Shown here: positions 39,700 through 51,698 of the stretch, in pieces
Layout: every line of letters starts with the position of its first letter
How positions within the stretch are numbered: position 1 is the first letter of the stretch
DNA from: Camelus ferus
Taxonomy: Eukaryota
NCBI RefSeq assembly: GCF_009834535.1
Contig: NC_045697.1
Span: 30,568,001-30,632,000, forward strand
Reading direction: 5' to 3'
Length of the DNA stretch: 64,000 bases
Program-made: the position numbers and the translations under genes
The notes under the pieces: model-generated
What the model was told of the DNA's origin: nothing
The model's input: only the letters and a program-made list of their open reading frames with translations
Databases searched by the model: none

Positions 39700-40660
39700 T
39701 TTTGGTTCTTTCTTAGGATTTCCATCTCTCTGCTTACATTGCCCATCTTTTCTTGCATGAGGCTACTTTATCCATTAGTGCCCTTAGCATATTAATCATA
39801 GCTGTTTTAGATTCCTGATCTGATTATTCCAACACCCTGCCATGTCTGGTTCTGTTGCTTGCTCTGCATCTGCAAATTGTGTTTTTGGCCTTTTAGTATG
39901 CCCTGTAACTTTTTCTTGATAGCTGGACAGGAACTACTGGATAAATAGGGCTTTACTAAGGTGACAGTGAGGTGTGGGGGAGGGAAGTGTTCCATAGTCA
40001 TACGATTAAGTCTCTGTCTCCTAGTGATCCTGTGCGCCTGAGCTGTGGACCTCACGCGTGCTTCTCATTTGTTTTCTTTCCCTTAGGCGGGACAGGATGG
40101 CTACAGTGGGCTGGGATTGGGTATTCTCTTCTCCAGGTCAGTTAGGTTCTGATAATGCCCCGGCAGGTTCGCCTCTGGTTAACTAGTCTCCCACCAGTGC
40201 GGGCATTGTCAAGAGGGACAGGGCACTCTGGCCTGTTGCAAAGCGGTTTCTTTTTCCCAATCCTGGTGGAAGCTTGAGGGATTCTTCTCCCATGTTTATT
40301 GCGGGAATTCAGTTGAGCTCTTGGAGGTGTTATGCCCCTGCCCCAAGACTGCCCCTGCCCCCCTTACCACTGAGTTCTTAGCTTCCAGCCTCTAGCAATT
40401 CATCAATCACAGTCCCAGTTTCCCTGCCACTGCCCTGGTTCCTCTGCTGGTTTCCGCTCCTGAGTCTCTGCTCCAGTAAGCTGTTACTGCCTGCATTCGC
40501 CTGTCAGTCTTTCCCATCTTAGGGGCAGTGTTTTGCCCTGTGTCCTCCCCTCTCTTACGGGTCCAAGAGGAGTTGTTGGTTTTTAGTCTGTTTAGCTTTT
40601 TACTTGTTGTTATGACAGAATGGTGACCGCTAAGCTCCTCACACATGGAATCAGAAATTC
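39700..40660 (-). mobile_element. Old LINE-1 5' region (L1M/L1MC-MD 5' end)
   Basis: tttttggttctttcttaggatttccatctctctgcttacattgcccatc ... ggggcagtgttttgccctgtg...gggtccaagaggagttgttggtttt resembles L1 5' ends. Confidence 0.62.
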
Positions 40661-40684
40661 CAGAGGAACAGAAGAAGTATTTCA

Positions 40685-42490
40685 AGTTCTGCCCTCAAGG
40701 AGCTTAATCCCTAGATGGGAAGGCAGGCAATAACCAAACAAACCTAGGCTAGACTCCCAGGTGGTGATGGCTCTTAGGAAGGAACATTCAGTGGCGGGAG
40801 GAGAGCCAAGTGGGTTGGGGGTAGGGGACGGAGGAGAGGGGGCGCCTGCTTGGATGGGACGGCCAGGTGACACGCAAGCAGCGCCTGGGATGAAGGAGCA
40901 AGCCACGCGAACATCAGAGAAAGAGACGTCCAGGCTGTTGGGACCTCATGAGCTTGATGTGATCAAGGAAGCCAGTGGGACTGGAAAGTGATGGGCTGGG
41001 GCAGAGTGACCAGAGGCCAGACTGGAGAGGGAGATGGGAGGCAGATCTTGCAAGACCTGAACATACTGTTAAGAGAGGGACCGGAAGACAGTGATGGATT
41101 TTGAATCACGAAGAGATATGATTTGATTTCCATTGTATACCTTTGTTATGGTGCCGTTTGGAGGCTGGATTGTAGAAGGACAAGGATAGCAGGAGCTGGG
41201 AGACGCAGGAGCCACTCCACTGGTCCAGGAGGGAGGTGCTGGTGGCTTGACTAGGGCCCTACGGAGCGAGTGAAAAATGGTCAGATTCTGAATATAATTT
41301 AAAAGGAAACTTGATAGGTTGGTTGTGGCAGTGTGAGAGAAAAAGAGAAATCAAAGACTTCCCCTGTCGAGGGTAGGTACAAGTGGGGAAGGATGCCAAA
41401 GCAAAATCAAATCCTAAATTTGGTTTGCCCATTAGATATCTAAGTAAGATGTTGAACACACATTTGGACATATTGGTCAGGGGAGAGTTCCATGCTGGAG
41501 ATCTAATGGGGGGCATAAAGATACGGTTTAAACACAGGAGACTCACAGCATCATCTGGAGCCGTGCTTTCCGATATGGTAGCTGCTAGTGGCCACATGTG
41601 GCTATGGAGCACTTAACATGCAGCTAGTGGAACCAAGGAACTGAATTTTGTTTAATGTTAATTACTTTAAATTTAAATGTAAAAATGAACACTTCATTCT
41701 GCTATCGGAAAACTTTTAAGTATGCTTGGAAAGACTTAGGTATAGTTTTCAACTGTAAATGTTATGAAATCAGGCATTTCCTACAAGATGGAGACCAGAC
41801 CTTTTTTTTATGAAAGTGTAGCATCTGAATTAAGATGTACTCTAAATGTAAAATACGTAACACATTTCAAAGACTTGGTACAAAAAGTGTAAAATAACTC
41901 ACTAGTTTTAATATTGATTGCATGCTGAAATGATAATACTTTGTATGTACTGACATAAAAACATGTCATGAAAATTAATTTTACCTGTTTCTTTTTGCTT
42001 TTTTCTTTTAACAATGTGGCTACTAGAAGATTAAAAATTACATATGTGGCTCGCATTACCTTTCTGTTGGATAGGAGAGAATGTAATAAAAAAAGAAATA
42101 TCTGAAGATTGAACCCTTGGAGTAGTTTATGACTTAGAGGTCTTGGAGAGAGGGATAATCTTTGGAAAAAGCCTCAGAAAGAAGTAGCCCCAAAGGGAAA
42201 CCAACCAGGAGAGTGAGATGATCTACAAACCAGGTAAAAAAAAGTGTTAGGAAAGAGACAGCAGCTACTGAGTAAGAGGCTGCTGAGAGGTTAGATACAA
42301 TGTAGACTGAGAATGGGCCATTGGATTTGGCAACGTGGAGACTATTGGTGAACTTGATGGTTTCAGTGTGTGTGTGTATGCGTTTTTGTGTCTTTGTGTG
42401 TAGTGGGGCACAAAAGGCTGACTGAAGTAGATTATTAAAAAATCAATGATAGAAATTCACTACTCCTTCAAGAAATTTTGATTTGCAGAG
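40685..42490 (-). mobile_element. Long LINE-2 fragment interrupted by a Charlie element
   Basis: tgccctcaaggagctta, gaaaaatggtcagattctgaatata and agactgagaatgggccattggatttggcaacgtggag are antisense L2 motifs. Confidence 0.7.
41556..42073. mobile_element. hAT-Charlie1/MER33-like DNA element
   Basis: gctagtggccacatgtggctatggagcactt...gaactgaatttt ... aatgtggctactagaagattaaaaattacatatgtggctcgcatt. Confidence 0.78.
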
Positions 42491-44720
42491 AACCAAAATA
42501 ATGGAGATGCTGGGGAGTGAGGCTCAAGGAAGGATTTATTTTTAATTTAATGAGAAATACATTTTTATAATAGCTACTTGCTTTTTATTCTCTATTAAAA
42601 TTTTACCCTAAATATATCATCTGGTAAATATCTATTAGCTAGCAGGATGATTCTCATTTTGTTTAATCAGAGTTGAAGAATTCTGAAGATTTCAAACGAG
42701 TACCAGTGTGTTGTTCGGCTCACAGAATCATTATGAACAAAAAGATCTAGGATTACTAAATCTGTGTTTAGTTACTAAAATGACTAGCAAAGGATTGTAT
42801 GCAGTTCCCTAAAATATAAAACTGTGGCATCATCTGTGCTGCACTATGTAAAAGAGTGGAATTCTAGAACTTTGGAATAGAACACAAGTGCCAAACTCAC
42901 ATTAAATTTTGGTTATCATGTCTTACCTTAATTTCCATTGTACTCACTGTAGATTTTGGTGCATAATAAGTGTTAGTATAACTGAATGAATGAGTAAAGA
43001 TAATCTCAACATCCTGAAATACTAAAAGGACCAGCAATACCCAAGAACTCACCAACAGATGGCACCATGCTGTTTCCTATATGAGTTTATATGTTAATAT
43101 GACATTCAATTCTTAATTTCAAGGGCTGGTTAGGGGGAAAAATGGAATCTCTAGGAATATATCTTGCTTCTTCAAATTTTTGAATTATTAAAGCATGTTC
43201 ATACGTTTTTATTTATTACAAATGTCTGTGTTCTTACTCTTAGGCCCTTTCCTTAGGTCAGAACTTGGAAGAAAAGGAAAGGAGATTGACTTGTAGATAA
43301 GAGAAAGAAAATACCCATAGGTTATCACTATTAAAATGTTTGTGAATACTAAGAAGTCAAGCTGCTAATTCATTCCCCCTCAGAGATTACTATCCTTCAG
43401 TGGCAGTAAAACCCAGGGTGTTTTGCAGATGTCTGGAGCTCTGGCATGATGCTTTAGAGAGCAGATGCTGCATTTTGCAGTTCTCGTGTGTTCAGATTGA
43501 AAGTGACAAGGACTAAACACACAGTGTGCTTTAAAAACAAAACAACTCCTAACCCCATGTGGTCTGCATACCCAAAGTGTGAAATACTCATCTGAGTGCC
43601 AAATGTAAACAGTGCTCCCACCATGACCTCCAATTACTTTTATTTTCTGTAGAATTGCTTATAATTTTCATAATTTCCTATGCCCATTATTTCACCTGCA
43701 GATCTGAGAAGTGAACAGCGACAAGAGTGTTGTGAAAAGCGCAGCCTGGCAGCTCACATGAGTGTGGAGTCCTGGTCACACACAAGATGGATGGAGAGCG
43801 GTGGCAGCACCAACAGCCACGCAGGGTTAAGTCATTGACCTAAAATTTGAGAAGAGCAGCTACCGCCAAAATTATTTTTTCAGTCTCATCAAGAAGTCTC
43901 TATCTCAGATGTGGATGCATCCTTGCAAATAAATGCAACAGGTCAAAGGTAAGAAGTAGGTACTTTCTAAGTGACTCTAAGTGGAGCAGCCCACAGTGCC
44001 CAGCACCCCCAGCCCCCTCCCCTCCGTGAGCCTGCGGGCTGAGATTTCGGGAGGGCCAAGCAGGGCAGTCTGGGCCTCCTTGGAAGATCAATAAGAGCTC
44101 CCAGGTTCTGGTGCATCTGAAATGGCCAATACTTTTCCAGGAGGGTTATCACTGAGTTTCTTGAGAATCGCACCACTATGAACTTAAAAACACATGTGCA
44201 CAAATGACAAAATACTTAAATGATGTATCAGTTATTCTCTCTGTGTTTTCTTCAACCTGAGCATGCTCCTCAGTTGCCTTTGTGAGTTTCTTCTGTCCTT
44301 TAATCAAGGCTCATCCCAGGGCTTCATAACTCACTCACTGACTCAGTTACCACCCAGAGGATGAAGATTCCAGACCTCACCTGAGCTCCTGACTCCTCTC
44401 TCTCCCTTCTAAACCTCTCTTGATGAATATTTCATCAGTGGCTCAAATGCAACCTGTGGGAGGAGAAAAAAATTTCATTACTCTCTTCCCAGACCTGCTG
44501 CCCTTCTGCATTCACCTTTGTGTGTCTGTGTGTGTGCGGAAGTTTTTCAGAATAATGTTTGATACTTTAAAAAAAGAACATGAGTTACGTATGTTATTAA
44601 GCATACTTACAGGATAGATATTCATGAAGCCTTCACTCAGCTTAGAAATTAGCACATTAACCAATACTGTTGCATCTGTGTGGGACTTTGCTGCCCCAAC
44701 CTCTTGACTTCTTCTCATAA

Positions 44721-44986
44721 TGTATTAGTTTCTTATTGCTGCTGTAACAAATTACTACAAATTCAGCAGCTAGAAACAACATAAAAATGTTATCTTACAG
44801 TGGTGGAGATCCAAAGTGTAAAATAGATCAGCAGGGCTGCATTCCTTCTGGGGTCCCCAGGGGAAAAGCTGTTCCCTTGCCTTTCCCAGCTTTCAGTGGC
44901 TGTCTGCATTTCTCGGCTTGTTGCCCCTTCTTGCATTGTCAAAGTCAGCAGCGTTACATCTTCAAATCTCTCCCTCTCTGCCTTCT
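44721..44986 (-). mobile_element. MLT1 LTR, truncated where it meets the EBLN candidate
   Basis: tgtattagtttcttattgctgctgtaacaaattactacaaattcagcagc...cagggctgcattccttctgggg...catcttcaaatctctc. The remainder of the LTR is absent. Confidence 0.78.
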
Positions 44987-44991
44987 TTGTG

Positions 44992-45491
44992 GGTCAGATT
45001 CTCAAATCAGGCTCATGTGGATCAGACGTCTCACCCGCTGTTAAGTTTATCAATAATTTAAAGGATACAGGTAATTCTGAGGCGCAGGCACAGAAGGCGG
45101 GGGTCTGAGACCATCCACATTGCTCTTCAGATCCTTTCTTGCTACACTGGATGTACGCTGGTCCCAGATTAATAAAAGAAGTCTCTAAGCAGTGTGTGAG
45201 ATTCATGTCACCGATACAGAAGGAGGTCATTTTGAAAGCAAAAAGTCTCCATCTATACACCATCAATCCATAGATCGCAAGTTTGTTTACCATGACCAGT
45301 TCTAGACAATCTGCTAAAAGCGTTCCATGGGTAAGGACCTTTCTATTCACAAATTCCAGTCATTCATTTGCCAAGATGTCTGTCATGAGTATGTTTACAA
45401 GGAGATTAGACTATGTTCTTTCTTTCCTGGAGTCATTGCTTCTCATTTCCCAGCTGGAGAGAATGAATTACAGATCTGCTGCTTAACCATT
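44992..45491 (+). other. Candidate endogenous bornavirus-like nucleoprotein element (EBLN), degraded fragment
   Basis: About 164 codons in one frame with stops at 45106 and 45271. Colinear motifs VKF..K.T, HCSS..LL...G..IK....Q..[17 protein letters not shown]......F, F...L..V.SF.E and, after a frameshift, LTI resemble Borna disease virus N (alignment by eye against a remembered sequence). Confidence 0.6.
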
Positions 45492-45768
45492 TATTTCCTA
45501 GTATCTTTGATTAACATGCATGGTGTAAGATAAAAACCCTGTTTTTTTCCTATATGGATAACTAGCTCTCCCAGTAACATTTATTATTGAATTTCATAAA
45601 ATTTTTATAGACTATAATCTGTATACTACTCAGTCATTGAAATATGTAATATTTGGAGATGACTTATGAATTAGCATGTGGTCAAGTTTTAATATATTTT
45701 GTATGTATTGAGGAAGATTGTATAATTTTTTTTAAAGATTGTGTATTATTTAACTGTTAAAGATATGG

Positions 45769-46100
45769 TTTTCTAAATTGAACTATAGTTGATTTACAAC
45801 ATTGTTTTAGTTTCTGATATACAGCCTAGTGATTCAGTTGTACATATATACATATTCTTTTTCATTATAGGATATTAAAAGCTATTGGATATAGTTCCCT
45901 GTGTTATACAGTAGGACCTTGCTGTATCTCTATTTTGTATATGGTGGTTCATATCCGTTAATCCCAAACTCCTCATTTATCCTTCTCCACCCCCTTTCCC
46001 CCTGGTAACCATAAGTTTGTTTCCTGTGTCTGTGAGTCTGTTTCTATTTTGTAAATAAGTTCATTTACTTCATTTTTTTAGATTCCACATATAAGTGATA
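45769..46100 (-). mobile_element. Younger (cetartiodactyl-type) LINE-1 3'UTR fragment
   Basis: The reverse strand reads tatcacttatatgtggaatctaaaaaaa...aaacttatggttaccagggg...gtaaatcaactatagttcaattt. It is homologous to 63728-64000. Confidence 0.85.
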
Positions 46101-46109
46101 AAAAGTAGG

Positions 46110-47800
46110 GTTTTTTAACTGCCTAATAAATCAAACTGATTGTTCATTTTTTAAGTTTTCAATTTCCAAAATTTCACAAAGATTTATTATATTCTTGACA
46201 TATGAATAACTGAGATAGATCTGTTGGAACCTTCTAATGTGTTATTTGTCAACATTCTTCTGTGGTTCTATTGACTTTTCTCTATGTACATGAATGTTTC
46301 ATTATTGGGTGCATACAAGTTTAGAATTATTCTATATTCCTGGTGAATTTATCAAAATATAGTGACTGTCCCATTCCCTAATAATGCCTTCAACTCTAAG
46401 TTCACTTTGTCTGATATTAATACAACCTTACCACCTTTTAAAAGTTAATATTTGCCTGGCCTTTAAAAACCTTTTTACTTTCAGCATTTCTAAGTCCATA
46501 TGTTTGAAGTGTGCCTCTTGTAAAGAGACTATAATTAGTTTTTTGTCTATTTTTTCCATTGTTTTAGTCAATTTACATCTATTATGATTACTGACATATA
46601 TGAACTTGCTGTTATCATCAATTTTTTCTCCTTTTCTTTTAAAAGTTGCTTGTGTTTATGTTCATTATTGTTTTTTATTTCATTTTTTCCACCTACTGGA
46701 TTGAAAATGTGGATGCTATTTCTATTCTTCCATCTGTACATCTGAAATATCATTATTCATATTTAACGTGTGAATAAGAGTTAAGTTCATGCCTTAGCCC
46801 CCTCTCCTGAGCAAAAAATTACTCTAGAATGTCTTAATTTCAGTCACTTAATTTTCCCTTCTCTGATGTCTTGTTTTTTCCTCATTCTTAACTCAAAACT
46901 CTAAGTTTTGCTGACTATATTCAACTTTTGACCGTATACATTTCTCTCAGTATCTCTGAGATTTTATTTTATTATCTTTTGGCTTCCATTATTGTTATGA
47001 GAAGTTGGCTGTAAGTCTAATTGTCATTTTTTTGAAGGTAATTTGTCTTTTCTTGCTGCCTGCCTTTAAGCTCTTCTCTTTTTCTTTGATTTTCTGCAGC
47101 ACCATTACTATGTGGGTGTGTGTGGATTTCTTTTTATCTGTTCTGTTTGGTACAGGTTGTGCTTTATGTATATGTGTACTTGTGTCTTTCATCATCTTTC
47201 TGGAAAATTCTCAGCCTTTGTATTTTTAAATATTGCCTTCCCTTCATTATTTCTGTTTTTTATTCTGGAACTCAAAATATATGCATGTAAGAACTCTTGT
47301 TCTACTTTTAACATCTCTTAATCCTTTGTTCATATTATCATTTTATAGCTCTCTTTTGCTGTATTCTGGAAAACATTTTAAAATATATCTTCTAGTTTAC
47401 CAGTTCTTTCTTTCTACCTGTGTCTAATCTACCATTTAACCTATCTATTGCGTTTTATATTATAATAACTTTTACTTTTAAAAAGCTATATTTAGTTATT
47501 TATTAAGTTTCTCTGGTAAGTTTTAATAGGCTTGTCTCTTCTTAATTGCTTATTTTTAATTCCATCTTTCTTTTTAAAAATCCATATAATTTTTAAAATA
47601 TTCTGTATCAGATAATTCCAAATTCTGAAGTCTTAGGGAATCTAGATCTATATTTTGTGGTGTCTGCTGACTCTCACTTATGGTATTTTTCCCCTCAAGT
47701 GAGTTTGTTTTTGTCTTTGATTGTGAGTTCATATTTGCATGAAGACACATTTTTTTTTTCCCTGAGAGGATATGCATTTGCTTCTTCTAGGTGTCAGGGG
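46110..47800 (-). mobile_element. Old LINE-1 (L1ME-like) ORF1/ORF2-start fragment
   Basis: Reverse ORF 46995-47195 (HKAQPVPNRTDKKKSTHTHIVMVLQKIKEKEKSLKAGSKKRQITFKKMTIRLTANFS) matches the L1 ORF1p C-terminal region. Further L1-like sequence lies at 45495-45760. Confidence 0.75.
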
Positions 47801-50553
47801 ATCGAAAGAACCTGTGGCAACTTTACCCTCCTTCTAGTTTTTCCAGCCTAACATGAAGGATTCACAGTTCAGCTCTTTCAATTTGCAACTAGCCCACAGC
47901 TTGGACTCACCAATGCAGGACTTGAAGGCAAATTTTCCATATAGTTACTGCTAAAGTTTTCTTTTTTTCTCTTGAAAATTTTCCCTCATCTTGAGATCCC
48001 AGTAATGCATGGAAAATTGTTTCATGCGTGACCTACTTGTTTTATAGTGGAGGACCTTGCAGAGCATTTAGTGGACCAATTAGGACATGGACTTGTATTT
48101 GCTTTTTTGATGGAAATGCCACTAAACTAGACCTGGCTATATGTTCAAAGATATCTCCCTCAGCTTTTCCAGATCTGGCCTGAGTAATTTCTCTTGGATT
48201 ACTCAGAGTCTCCCACCCAGTCTCTGTTTCTCCAACTCTACACCTTCTACTGTATCCTCTGCAATATCTCTAGACTTACTGTGTAGAGTGACCTTTTGAA
48301 AATGTGAATCTCAATGATGCCTTTTTCCCGGTGAACATCATTTAATGGCTTCCCAGCACATTCTGAGTGAAATGAAAATCCCTTAGCCTGGTACCCAGGT
48401 CTCCATCCCTCTCTCTAGCTTCTCAGGTGCCCCGTTTACCCCTTGCTCCTGTATTGCCAACCTCATAGCCTTTCCACAGAGTGTTCTCTGCCCTCTTTCA
48501 GGAAAAAACGATTTCAAGCTAGATAAAAATGATCAGTTGCCTCTGCTTGGAAGTCTATTTATTCTTCTTCTACATAGCAACTCTGCTCCAGAGGCCAATT
48601 ATTTTTCAACCCACAACATTTAGTGAGACTTGAGTATTACACAAGTGTGAATGAAAAAAGAAATCCCCAAAGTCAACTTTAATATACTATATAACCAATC
48701 TATTACTGAAAAAAAATTGTGTTTAATTGCAGAAAGAAATATCCAGGGATGAAAGCTTAATTCAGTTGTGATCCTTGAAATCTGAGCTTTTTAATTAAAA
48801 AAATGAAATTATGGAATGACACTCCCTCCAATACTAACACGTTCAGACTGTCAGCCAGGCAAATGCTCAGTGTGAAGGGGTTGTTTAAGAAGTCTAATTT
48901 TTTAGCTTTCTGCAAATTTGCCAAGTGACTTAAGAACTGTGTGGGGGCCTGGGTTTTCCAAGCAGAAGCTAATCAATATATTAAATCTCAAAGTATGTTG
49001 GGTGAATTGTGTAAAAAAAAAATCTATTTACTGAAAAAAAATGAATCAACTTTAATTTTTGTATCACATAAATAAAACATCCAATTGACTAATTAAATAT
49101 GTCCCTATTCACATGGTGCAGCAGACCTACAGTGAGTAGACGGACCACCTACTGGATGAATGCAGACTCTGGAGTTGGTGAGAACGTGGGTGCATTGGGC
49201 AAGCTACTTAAATTCTGAGCCTTCTTACAAGACTGATGTGACCAATACACAAGGTAACACACGGCAAACAGGTACTATAGTACCAAACACAAACTAGAAA
49301 CTTAAGCATTATTCAGAAAGACCCTCCACGCCAAAGAGTGTGTTATAAAACTGTCATTTTGTGATCTTTCTATTCAGGGCAAAATTTTTTTTTTTAATCT
49401 ATAGCAAGAACTTAACTCAATGCAAATAAGTTAATGTTTCATTTACAAAAAAGTGTTTACAAAGTTACCTTTAATGAGTCAAAACCCCCAGTATTCACTA
49501 ATTATCATCAATTTTACATAAAGTTCTCCTAAACAGAGTGTGTCTTGTGTGAATAATTTATTTTTCCTTCTTATAATGAAACCTCTGAGGTCTAGCTCTG
49601 CCTTCAAGATGTTAGAATATTTTCATTCAATTAACTTAAATTATGTAATGTGAAAATGAATGATGGCCAGGAGGCTGATGGCCAGTGTAATTCTGGTGAG
49701 AAATTATATTTCACACATTGGTTTATTTAGTTAGAATTTTCTTTAGGTAATAAAAATAGTGTTACATAAAAATTAGTTGTATCTAACCTCACACATTTTG
49801 CCATAAATGACTCTGGCAAATCCCACGCTCTGAGTGACAGTGACAAATCTCCCCAAAGGCAATTTTACAGTAAAATAGGGCTATCCCAGACCTGCTCAGA
49901 ATGAGTTGTTCTGGATAGCTGAATGTTCCAGGTAGCTGATTTGAAAAAACAAAACACTGAACATTTCAACTATTTGGATTGGAACATTTTCTAACTGTGT
50001 CATACACTTAATTTTTTCTTAAACAGATGGCGTAAGGACTGTGATGCAAACTTTTCTTAATGACTCATTGTGACCTGGCTGTTAAGGAACCAGATCTAGA
50101 GCTTGGTATTTGAATGATTCCCTCCATGTTACTCCTGGAGTCACTTTTCTTGTGAAGAACTGGCCAAAAGCACAAGGCATGGTACTTCCAGTGACCGGCC
50201 AGAGGACCTGGTTCCAGCAGGGGTACTCTCCGGGCCAGCAGAGATGAAGGTTTCAGCAGACCTTCTCTTCCTGCCATCCAGGCTGAGTCCTCCGTGGTCT
50301 GGCCTCTGCCATCCAGTGTGCAACCAGGGAAGGAACTCAGGGGACTGGTAAGGAGACACCAAGAACCATGGCCCTTGTCTTGAGCAATTTCTGTGAGTCA
50401 GTTGACTGTATTTTGCCAACCAAGCAGGGTGTCGTTCAGATTGTCCAGGTCACAAACTCACTGTTAGTGCAGGTGTGTGACAGCATTTCTCCTCTACGAG
50501 CCAACAAGCAGGGAGAGGGCGGTAAAGTCAGTAAGTTAAACCTGGCCTTAGCT

Positions 50554-50685
50554 GGGAGGGTATAGCTCAGTGGTAGAGTGTGTGCTTAGCATGCATGAGG
50601 TCCTGGGTTCAATCCGTAGTACCTCCATTAGAAAGAAATAAATAGCCTAATTACCTCTCCCCACAAAAAAATTTTTAAAAAGAAA
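50554..50685 (+). mobile_element. tRNA-Ala-derived camelid SINE (Vic-1-like)
   Basis: GGGAGGGTATAGCTCAGTGGTAGAG (A box) ... GGTTCAATCC (B box), then CCTAATTACCTC and an A-rich tail. TSD aaacctggccttagctg (50538-50554) / aaaactggccttagttg (50686-50702). Confidence 0.88.
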
Positions 50686-50783
50686 AAAACTGGCCTTAGT
50701 TGCTGCTATTGCTACAATAATGTGCATCATAAATGGGAGGAGGAAGGAAATTAAAATATCTAATTTGGAAAGGGGGTCTAGGG

Positions 50784-51114
50784 CAGGGGTTGGCAAACTA
50801 CACCTCAGAGGCCAAATCTAGCCTGCTGCCTGCTTCATATAGCCCACAATTAAGAATGATTTTTGCTTTTAATGGTTGAAAAAAATCAAAAGGCGAATAT
50901 TTTGTAATGATTGAAAATGGCATGAAATTCGAATTCCAGTGTCCATAAATAAAGTTTTATTGGAATCCAGCCATATCCACTCGCTTATGTTCATCTGTGG
51001 CTGTTTTGTGCTACAACATCAGCGTTGAGTGGTTACAACAGGGACCATATGGCCCACAACGCCTAAAATATTTACTCTCTGGCATTTTTTACAGGAGAAG
51101 TTTGCTGATCACTG
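50784..51114 (+). mobile_element. hAT-Charlie MITE, MER58-like (MER58B size)
   Basis: TIRs CAGGGGTTGGCAAAC ... GTTTGCTGATCACTG, with an 8-bp TSD gtctaggg/gtctagaa. Confidence 0.85.
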
Positions 51115-51581
51115 GTCTAGAAGAGTAAATTTTCTTTGTCTTCTGCTTAGAAATGTCTTTTTATGGACAGAGAAGTAGGGCAATTTCCATACTTATAAAA
51201 GCCCACCCACTCTTATAAATAATGGTGAGGAATTATCCCAAAATCTTATGGTGGAAATGCCAAGGGCGTATGTGTGTGTTTATGTGTACAGAAACTAAGT
51301 ATTTAAAATACCTAAGTGTATTTCAGGCTGACCACCACATGTGATGCTAATTATGAACATAAATTATTCTTGTAAAAGGATAATATTTATTAAATTATGT
51401 CAGTAATTTAAACAACGTATCTCAATTTTTGTAACCTTTCCCCTTAGCCAGCCAAGGGCCGCCATTTACCTCAGGGTATTCAAAATTTGTTAAAACAGGG
51501 AGGAAAAAAAAAAAGAGAGAGAGAGAGAGAGAAAAGGTCAATGGACAGGTTTAGACTACAAATATGGGATTTTCCTTTCTT

Positions 51582-51698
51582 TTTGTTTTTTTGTGGGGGA
51601 GGTAATTAGGTTTATTTTTTGATGAGGCCCTGGGTATTGAACCCAGGCCCTTGTGCATGCTGAACATGTGCTCTACCACTTGAGCTATACCTTCCCCC
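51582..51698 (-). mobile_element. tRNA-Ala-derived camelid SINE (Vic-1-like)
   Basis: The reverse strand reads GGGGGAAGGTATAGCTCAAGTGGTAGAGCACATG...GGGTTCAATACC...CCTAATTACCTCCCCC plus an A-rich tail. TSD-like tgggattttcctttctt (51565-51581) / tggggttttcctttttt (51699-51715). Confidence 0.88.

Noticed and set aside
44994..45350. 118-aa minus-strand ORF (MNRKVLTHG...)
   Set aside because: It is the antisense shadow of the plus-strand EBLN-like frame. Brief resemblances to DNase II (CIGDMN) or a viral L motif did not extend.
50554..51698. Two tRNA-Ala-like sequences
   Set aside because: They have SINE-specific 3' bodies, A-rich tails and TSDs, so they are retroposed SINEs rather than tRNA genes.
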